A DNA stretch of 32,000 bases from Edaphobacter aggregans (GTDB taxonomy: Bacteria > Acidobacteriota > Terriglobia > Terriglobales > Acidobacteriaceae): positions 4,860,001-4,892,000 of the forward strand of contig NZ_RSDW01000001.1 of NCBI RefSeq assembly GCF_003945235.1, in the 5' to 3' direction. Positions 26,722-32,000 of this stretch are shown one piece after another (the stretch's first letter is position 1; each line of letters opens with the position of its first letter). The position numbers and the translations under genes were made by a program. The notes below the pieces were generated by a model, which was not told the origin of the DNA, ran no database searches, and was given only the letters and a program-made list of their open reading frames with translations.

Positions 26722-26868
26722 GCGGTTACCGCTACCTTTCCACCCTAGATAGGGCATTACTAAACCTCTGGGGCACTCAAAGACATGTTTAGCATTATCG
26801 ACGCAACCGATCGAAGTTACCTATTTGTCATGACACCCAAGAGTATGCTAAACAGGTAGCGGTACCGC
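26722..26868 (+). promoter_or_regulatory. Nested long-range inverted repeats immediately upstream of 26875..27231 (candidate structured leader RNA or composite operator)
   Basis: The outer arms are GCGGTTACCGCTACC (26722..26736) and GGTAGCGGTACCGC (26855..26868), giving 14 bp with one bulged T. The inner arms are TGTTTAGCAT (26786..26795) and ATGCTAAACA (26845..26854), giving 10 bp. The two 3' arms are contiguous and end 7 nt before ATG 26875. A third related half-site, CATTACTAAAC, lies at 26755..26765. Confidence 0.4.
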
Positions 26869-26874
26869 AGATCA

Positions 26875-27231
26875 ATGCCGAGTTTATTTCAACGCGGACG
26901 AAGCGGTCGGAATTGGCCCGTGTGGCTGCGTCTGATTGCGGTTACCTGCGTTGTTGTCGTCTGTGTGATGAGTATTGCGCAGGCCTGCCACACGCATGCA
27001 GAGGTTTCCTCTCTAAAGCAGAACTCGCATAATAACGGTCCAGCCCAGAACGACCACTGCCCACTTTGCGTAGCGATGCATTCCGCCCTGCCGGTATCGC
27101 TGCACGTTGCACCGGAGCCAATGCTGCAGATCCAGGCTCTAGATTCTGTTGCCGCAGATGCCCAACGGATCTTCCGGTGGCGCTTCGAGATGGCCAGCCG
27201 TCCCCCTCCTGCTAATCGAAACTGCGCTTAG
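26875..27231 (+). CDS. Small membrane-anchored or secreted Cys/His protein, DUF2946-like (118 aa)
   Basis: The N-terminal hydrophobic segment is WPVWLRLIAVTCVVVVCVMSIAQA, followed by CHTH. Then comes NDHCPLCVAMHSALPV, and the C-terminus reads ASRPPPA. This architecture (signal or anchor, His-rich stretch, H-C-x-x-C...H, C-terminal R-(A/P)-P-P) is what I recall for proteobacterial DUF2946 proteins encoded beside TonB-dependent copper receptors. There is no obvious SD sequence. Coding status rests on this architecture and on the position 129 nt upstream of a receptor gene. Confidence 0.55.
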   Translation: MPSLFQRGRSGRNWPVWLRLIAVTCVVVVCVMSIAQACHTHAEVSSLKQNSHNNGPAQNDHCPLCVAMHSALPVSLHVAPEPMLQIQALDSVAADAQRIFRWRFEMASRPPPANRNCA

Positions 27232-27360
27232 TTCCTTACAGGGCGTCAGGATCTTCGAAACAATCTAAAAACCTGCCTGTCCTGTGACCCGTGCCCCGTG
27301 GCACGCGATAGTGCTTTTCTAGCACGATGCTCATTCGAGCTCGACAGGAGTTACTCCATC

Positions 27361-30066
27361 ATGCGCAGGCCTATTCTTACTCGATTTTCGCTATTTCTCG
27401 TCTCCGTGGCACTACTAGTAACTGGAGCACTGGCCCAGGGAACCTCAGGCAATTTGACTGGCGTCATCACCGACCCAACCGGAGCGGTCATACCCGATGT
27501 CGTCGTCCAGCTTTTGAACCCCGTAAGCGGATACGAGCGTACAACGAAGACGGATGCGACCGGAACATATCACTTCTATAACATCCCCTATAACCCGTAT
27601 CGCATCGTCCTTAAGAAGTCCGGCTTCAATGCCTCCACTCGAGCGGTAGACATCACCTCCGGCGTGCCTGTTACGGTATCGATTCAACTCAGCCTCGAGA
27701 CGAGTTCTACCAGCGTTACCGTAGAAACCGGTTCTGACCTGGTCGAAAACGATCCAACTGCCCACACCGATATCGACCGTAACGTCATCAATCGCCTCCC
27801 ACTCGAAAGCCAGTCGTCTTCCCTCAGTTCGCTCGTGACGCTGTCATCTCCCGGCGTCGCCGCCGACTCCAACGGCCTCTTCCACGGTCTTGGAGATCAC
27901 GCTCAAAACTCCTTCTCGCTCGACGGACAACCGATCACGGATCAGCAGAGCAAGGTGTTCTCCAATCAGATCCCCAACGAAGCCATCCAGTCGCTCACAG
28001 TCATTAGCGGCGCGCCGACCGCTGAATTTGGCGACAAGACCAGCCTCGTCATCGTCGCCACCACCCGCTCTGGCCAGGGCTTTGCGACTCCACACGGTAG
28101 TCTCTACACCTCCTACGGAACCTTCGGCTCCACGAACGGCGGGGGCGATCTCTCTTACGGCGGCGCCAAATGGGGCAACTTCCTTGCAGTCAGCGGACTG
28201 AATACCGGGCGCTTCCTCGATGGCCCCGAGTTCACGGTTATCCACAGCAAGGGTAACCAGCAAAACATCTTCGATCGTGTGGACTACTCGTTCTCAGATG
28301 CGAGTTCCATCCACACCAACCTGCAGTACACCCGTTCTTGGTTTCAGACGCCTAATTCCTTTGACACGTCGGCAGTCTCCGATCAGTTCGGCAACCCTGT
28401 TGGGCCTACGGATCAGCGCTCCAAGATCGAGACCTTCAACATAGCGCCGACCTACACACACGTTGTCAATAAGAACACGATCTTTAACTTCGGGGGCTTC
28501 GTCCGTAGGGACGCCTTCAACTATTTTCCAAGCAACAATCCGCTTGCCGATCTAGGCCCCATCCAGTCGGAAACTGTCGCACAGAATCGTACGTTGACGA
28601 ACGCTGGTCTGCGCACCGATCTTTCCTATGTCAAGGGCATCCATAACGTGAAGTTTGGCGCTGTCTATGAACAGACCTACCTTCGCGAGAACAACCGCAT
28701 CGCCGTCGTTGACCCGGTACTGAACTCACCCTGCCTCGACGCGAACGGCGACCCTATCAATGGTTTCACTGACCCTGCTCATTGCACTTCCTTGCTTGGC
28801 TATCAGCCAAATACGGGCTTCAATCCGATCCTTCTGCCGTATGACCTCACCCGTGGCGGCAGTATTTACGGGTGGCATGGCCAAACGGCTGTCAAGCAGC
28901 TCGCACTTTACGGTCAGGACCAGATCGTTGCCGGCAACTGGGTCTTCAATGTCGGTATCCGCGGCGATCTTTACAACGGTCTCTCCATCGCGCGCCAGGC
29001 CCAGCCGCGGGTAGGTGTCTCCTACACTATCAAACAGACCAACACTGTACTGCGCGTCTCCTATGCGAGAACCATGGAGACTCCCTTCAACGAGAACCTG
29101 GTCCTCTCCGTCAAGGGCTGTCTCGATCCTGTATTGCAGGCTGTCTTCGAGACGCTCGGGCCGTGTGTCTCGGCGCCGTTCAATCCGGGCTTCCGGAACG
29201 AAGGCCACGCCGGCCTGCAGCAGGCGTTCGGCAGGCATCTCGTCTTCAGTGGAGACTACATCTGGAAGTACACGCACAACGCCTATGACTTCAGCGTGTT
29301 GGGCGCAACTCCCATCACCTTCCCCATCGAATGGCACAACTCGAAGATCCCGGGATTTGCGCTTCGCGTGAGCGTTCCCGAGACGCATGGCGTCAGTGCC
29401 TTTGTCGTCATGTCCTCGGTAGCCGCGCGCTTCTTCAATCCGCAGATCGGCGGCGTGGGCGCAACGCCGGGAACGGTGGGTAGTACGCTGCCGTTCCGCA
29501 TCGACCACGACGAGAAATTCAACCAGACCACGCACCTGCAATACACATTGCCGTTCCGCAAAAGCACGTGGTTCGGCTTCAACTGGCGCTATGACGGTGG
29601 TCTTGTCGCTGGTGCGGTGCCCTGCTACAACACCATCGGCGCCAACACTGGATGCGGACCGACCTCTATCACTCTGACCAACGGCCAGCCAGGAATTGAC
29701 CTCAGCGGCCTTACGTATGATCAGCAGTTTCAGGCGGGACTGATCTGCGACGGCGTAAGAGCCACGCCCACTTCGGGCTTTACTCAGTGCGATGCAAATG
29801 GTCTTACCTCGAATCTCGTCAAAATCCCCGCGCCCAACACCGAGGACGAGGACCACAACCCACCGCGCGTTCAACCGAGGAGCCTCTTTGACATTGCTAT
29901 AGGAGAAGACAACCTTCTCCATGGCGACAGGTACAAGGTGGGGCTTCGTCTGACCGCAACCAACATCACGAACAAGTACGCTCTTTACAACTTCCTTTCC
30001 ACCTTCTCGGGAACGCACTATGTCTCACCCCGAGCCTTCACCGGACAGGTGAGTTTCAACTTCTAA
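27361..30066 (+). CDS. TonB-dependent receptor-type outer-membrane protein with N-terminal carboxypeptidase-regulatory-like domain (901 aa)
   Basis: The ORF is 27298..30066. ATG 27361 lies 10 nt after AGGAG (27346..27350). Signal peptide: MRRPILTRFSLFLVSVALLVTGALAQ. The CarboxypepD_reg signature reads GNLTGVITDPTGAVIPDVVVQLLNPVSGYERTTKTDATGTYHFYNIPYNPYRIVLKKSGF. A plug-like segment (DIDRNVINRLPLESQSSSLSSLV...GAPTAEFGDKTS) follows. The protein ends in a terminal Phe (VSFNF). Confidence 0.88.
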   Translation: MRRPILTRFSLFLVSVALLVTGALAQGTSGNLTGVITDPTGAVIPDVVVQLLNPVSGYERTTKTDATGTYHFYNIPYNPYRIVLKKSGFNASTRAVDITSGVPVTVSIQLSLETSSTSVTVETGSDLVENDPTAHTDIDRNVINRLPLESQSSSLSSLVTLSSPGVAADSNGLFHGLGDHAQNSFSLDGQPITDQQSKVFSNQIPNEAIQSLTVISGAPTAEFGDKTSLVIVATTRSGQGFATPHGSLYTSYGTFGSTNGGGDLSYGGAKWGNFLAVSGLNTGRFLDGPEFTVIHSKGNQQNIFDRVDYSFSDASSIHTNLQYTRSWFQTPNSFDTSAVSDQFGNPVGPTDQRSKIETFNIAPTYTHVVNKNTIFNFGGFVRRDAFNYFPSNNPLADLGPIQSETVAQNRTLTNAGLRTDLSYVKGIHNVKFGAVYEQTYLRENNRIAVVDPVLNSPCLDANGDPINGFTDPAHCTSLLGYQPNTGFNPILLPYDLTRGGSIYGWHGQTAVKQLALYGQDQIVAGNWVFNVGIRGDLYNGLSIARQAQPRVGVSYTIKQTNTVLRVSYARTMETPFNENLVLSVKGCLDPVLQAVFETLGPCVSAPFNPGFRNEGHAGLQQAFGRHLVFSGDYIWKYTHNAYDFSVLGATPITFPIEWHNSKIPGFALRVSVPETHGVSAFVVMSSVAARFFNPQIGGVGATPGTVGSTLPFRIDHDEKFNQTTHLQYTLPFRKSTWFGFNWRYDGGLVAGAVPCYNTIGANTGCGPTSITLTNGQPGIDLSGLTYDQQFQAGLICDGVRATPTSGFTQCDANGLTSNLVKIPAPNTEDEDHNPPRVQPRSLFDIAIGEDNLLHGDRYKVGLRLTATNITNKYALYNFLSTFSGTHYVSPRAFTGQVSFNF

Positions 30067-30089
30067 CCGAAACGCTCGAAAACTATCAA

Positions 30090-30114
30090 GCGGCATCCGA
30101 AGAGTGGATGCCGC
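30090..30114 (+). terminator. Stem-loop terminator candidate after the 27361..30066 receptor gene
   Basis: GCGGCATCC (30090..30098) and GGATGCCGC (30106..30114) form a perfect 9-bp GC-rich stem with a 7-nt loop, starting 24 nt after the stop codon. The downstream tail (CTTCGATCTGCTT) is only moderately U-rich. Confidence 0.5.
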
Positions 30115-30215
30115 CTTCGATCTGCTTGGTTCTTAGCTGAGGGTCAAGCCATGGCTTATCCGAGGTGGAGGGGTACGAGTAGCCGCGCGCGTCGCCGATG
30201 TATTGAGCGGATCTT

Positions 30216-30737
30216 TTGGAGCCGACGACAACAGATCAGTGTGCTTCTACTCTGCGTTCTGATTCTGTTTACCGTGGTAGGCGGTTGGTGGCTCGCGTCT
30301 TAGTACCGAGACTAATGTCGTACTTTCTTCCTAATGAGCAGCTCTCACTGCAAGTGGCGGCAAAAGCGCTCGCAGTCGGCGGAGATGTCTCCAAGGCCAC
30401 AAGCGCAAGGAATCATCGACGCGCGGCGATCAAGAATTATGGACGCCTCGACATACTCGTCAACAATTCAGATGTCTATGAGTTCTCGCCCATTGAAACC
30501 GTCACGGAGAGCTGTTCCACAAGATCTTCAACATCAATGTATTGGGGATTTCTTCTCACCAAGCAAGCTGGGGTGAAACACCTCGGCGAAGGGGCCAGCA
30601 TCATCAATATTGGTCAGGGGTCAGCAGCATCACACCTCGCAATTCTCTATCGAGGATTGCGAAAATGGAGCTATCAGAATTTTCATCGAAACGCGACAGA
30701 AGTAAGAGGAAGAGAGTCGGGTAAGTGTAAGAGATAG
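30216..30737 (+). pseudogene. Decayed short-chain dehydrogenase/reductase (SDR) gene with several frameshifts and an internal deletion
   Basis: SDR similarity jumps between frames. Frame of 30216 gives AVGGDVSKA....AIKNYGRLDILVNNSDVYEFSPIETVTE. Frame of 30542 gives ELFHKIFNINVLG. Back in the first frame comes FLLTKQAGVKHLGEGASIINIG. The frame of 30542 then gives GVSSITPRNSL. The Rossmann TGxxxGIG region is unrecognisable, and the catalytic Y-x3-K region is garbled in both frames. Confidence 0.6.
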
Positions 30738-30740
30738 TGA

Positions 30741-31099
30741 CTATGCACATGGCCATGTAGTTCCGTTCATCGATGATTTGGCGACAATACAGATCGAAGA
30801 CGGACCGCGAAATCTAGATAAGGTAGCTAAAGTGATTTCCCTTATGGGCTTATCGTCTTGCCAGGCATATCCTCGGTCCCAAACATTGGCCAACAGTTTT
30901 TTTGTCGGATTGTCAGCTCCGAATGATGCAAGCGAGTCCTTTGTTTGAGTATCACATAATATCGGCGCTGAGAAGTCTGTCCTGGTGTATTGAATTCGCC
31001 AGGTGCCGAAACGCAAACGTTATAAAAAAATGCTAGCATCTCCCCTTTGCCGTCTTGACAACCCTCGCAGAAATGCATATCGTTCGGGTCGACAATCAA
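30741..31099 (-). other. Two overlapping orphan minus-strand ORFs (85 aa, 30842..31099; 91 aa, 30741..31016) in a low-GC patch; coding status undecided
   Basis: I recognise no motif in either ORF. My hand count gives 27 G+C per 60 nt (45 percent) for both 30741..30800 and 30801..30860. For comparison, block 12961..13020 inside a receptor gene has 39 per 60. Two 7-nt homopolymer runs are present (A7 at 31024..31030 and T7 at 30897..30903). Confidence 0.2.
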
Positions 31100-31221
31100 A
31101 TAGCACGTGCGGTTATCGCGAGCTTAGAAGAACACTCTCAGCTTGGGGAGGGCCGACACGATCCTGACAGTTATTGCCCTGAAGAAGGTAAATGCGAATT
31201 TTCCGCAATTTAGGAGGCGAT

Positions 31222-32000
31222 ATGGCGAAGGCCCCAGGAGTAAAGAGCTGGAATAAGCAGAGATATTCTCTTTTAGCGAACGACCTAATTACAGGTGGGA
31301 ACAAGCTGTTTGCAGGTGTGAGTCAACGCGTACTTGCAGCCCAGCAGTGTGCCTTTGGCGCACTGCTTCTAATTTTTGCTTTTGGAATCTTCGCAACAAT
31401 GCCAGCGAGGGCGCAGGTGCTCTACGGCACGCTGACCGGCACAGTAACTGATCCCAGCGGCGCCGCGGTCCCCGGTGCTCAGGTAATCGCGTTAGAGGTC
31501 CAGACCGGCGTCAGCCAGACCGTGACCGGCGACTCCAGCGGTAACTATCGATTTACGGCGCTTTTGCCGGGCACGTACAAAGTCACTATCAGCGCACAAG
31601 GTTTCGCCACCCAGGAGACCCCCGGCGTGGTGGTACGCGTAAATGAAACTGCTCGTGTGGATGCACCACTCAAGGTTGGGAGCGCGACACAAAATATTGT
31701 TGTCACCACAGAGGCGCCGATACTCCAAACCGACAGGGCCGATGTCCACACTGATCTGACCTCGCAGCAGATCAGCAATCTGCCGGTCATGGGGTCACAG
31801 GGGCGAAACTTCCAGCGCCTTCTGCAAACCGTACCTGGTACGGGGCTGATGGCGGAGACCAACTCGCCTGCCGGCAACCCGCAGCGATCCATCAATGTCA
31901 ACGTCAATGGGCAGTCCAACCAGACGGTCAACACTCGAATCGACGGCGCCCAGAATGCATACCCATGGCTGCCGGCGAATGTTGCCTATGTTCCGCCGGC
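31222..32000 (+). CDS. TonB-dependent receptor-type outer-membrane protein with N-terminal carboxypeptidase-regulatory-like domain (5' part; runs off the window end)
   Basis: This ORF is absent from the ORF track because it has no stop codon inside the window. I translated it by hand; the frame is open from 31192 to 32000. The sequence reads ...FGALLLIFAFGIFATMPARAQVLYGTLTGTVTDPSGAAVPGAQVIALEVQTGVSQTVTGDSSGNYRFTALLPGTYKVTISAQGF...APILQTDRADVHTDLTSQQISNLPV. ATG 31222 lies 4 nt after AGGAGG (31212..31217). Alternative in-frame starts are ATG 31192 and GTG 31318. Confidence 0.85.
   Translation, partial: MAKAPGVKSWNKQRYSLLANDLITGGNKLFAGVSQRVLAAQQCAFGALLLIFAFGIFATMPARAQVLYGTLTGTVTDPSGAAVPGAQVIALEVQTGVSQTVTGDSSGNYRFTALLPGTYKVTISAQGFATQETPGVVVRVNETARVDAPLKVGSATQNIVVTTEAPILQTDRADVHTDLTSQQISNLPVMGSQGRNFQRLLQTVPGTGLMAETNSPAGNPQRSINVNVNGQSNQTVNTRIDGAQNAYPWLPANVAYVPP

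Noticed and set aside
27296-27313. A sigma-54-like promoter, TGGCACGCGATAGTGCT, upstream of the 27361 receptor gene.
   Set aside because: The GG-to-GC spacing is 11 nt rather than the required 10. The -12 element reads GTGC rather than TTGC. No enhancer-binding (NtrC-type) protein is encoded nearby, since the adjacent regulator is NarL/LuxR type.
28726-30018. A 430-aa ORF on the minus strand, the longest unannotated ORF in the window.
   Set aside because: It lies entirely antisense to the 27361..30066 receptor gene, which has strong domain evidence. Its translation is low-complexity and rich in R, V, A, D and G, with no motif. Long stop-free antisense frames are expected when the sense gene avoids TTA/CTA/TCA codons. 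I treat it as a shadow ORF.

Overview
This 32 kb window looks chromosomal. By eye I find no rRNA, tRNA, CRISPR array, transposase or phage gene. All domain and family names below come from reading the translated ORFs and recalling motifs; I ran no searches.

Coding density is high and envelope functions dominate:
- Four very large TonB-dependent-receptor-type outer-membrane proteins, each opening with a carboxypeptidase-regulatory-like (CarboxypepD_reg) domain: 5165..8638, 12807..16430, 27361..30066 and 31222..>32000.
- A Tat-exported glycoside-hydrolase-like protein (9414..11606).
- A CBM9/DUF5916-type outer-membrane protein (17917..20325).
- An exported amidohydrolase, an msrB-msrA operon, and a non-haem chloroperoxidase/arylesterase-type alpha/beta hydrolase.
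- A beta-propeller sensor kinase with a NarL/LuxR response regulator.

This repertoire, together with the AGGAG-type ribosome-binding sites, is what I associate with Acidobacteriota (Terriglobia). That taxonomic call is inference only.

The most system-like unexplained unit is 22498..30066. A Reg_prop/Y_Y_Y sensor kinase and its regulator are transcribed divergently from a 118 aa Cys/His mini-protein (DUF2946-like, HCPLC motif) and a TonB-dependent receptor. The shared intergenic region carries a tandem heptamer and a nested pair of long inverted repeats that ends 7 nt before the mini-protein start codon.

Other points worth a second look:
- A P1-nuclease/zinc-PLC-like phosphoesterase fused to an unrecognised C-terminal domain (103..2052).
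- An intact standalone 'Recombinase'-domain protein with no catalytic resolvase domain (20674..21093).
- Related sequence boxes repeated in two intergenic regions (11821..11855 and 12405..12490).
- Apparent gene relics: an alpha/beta hydrolase, a beta-propeller C-terminus, a frameshifted small CarboxypepD_reg protein and an SDR. The SDR relic abuts a low-GC orphan patch.
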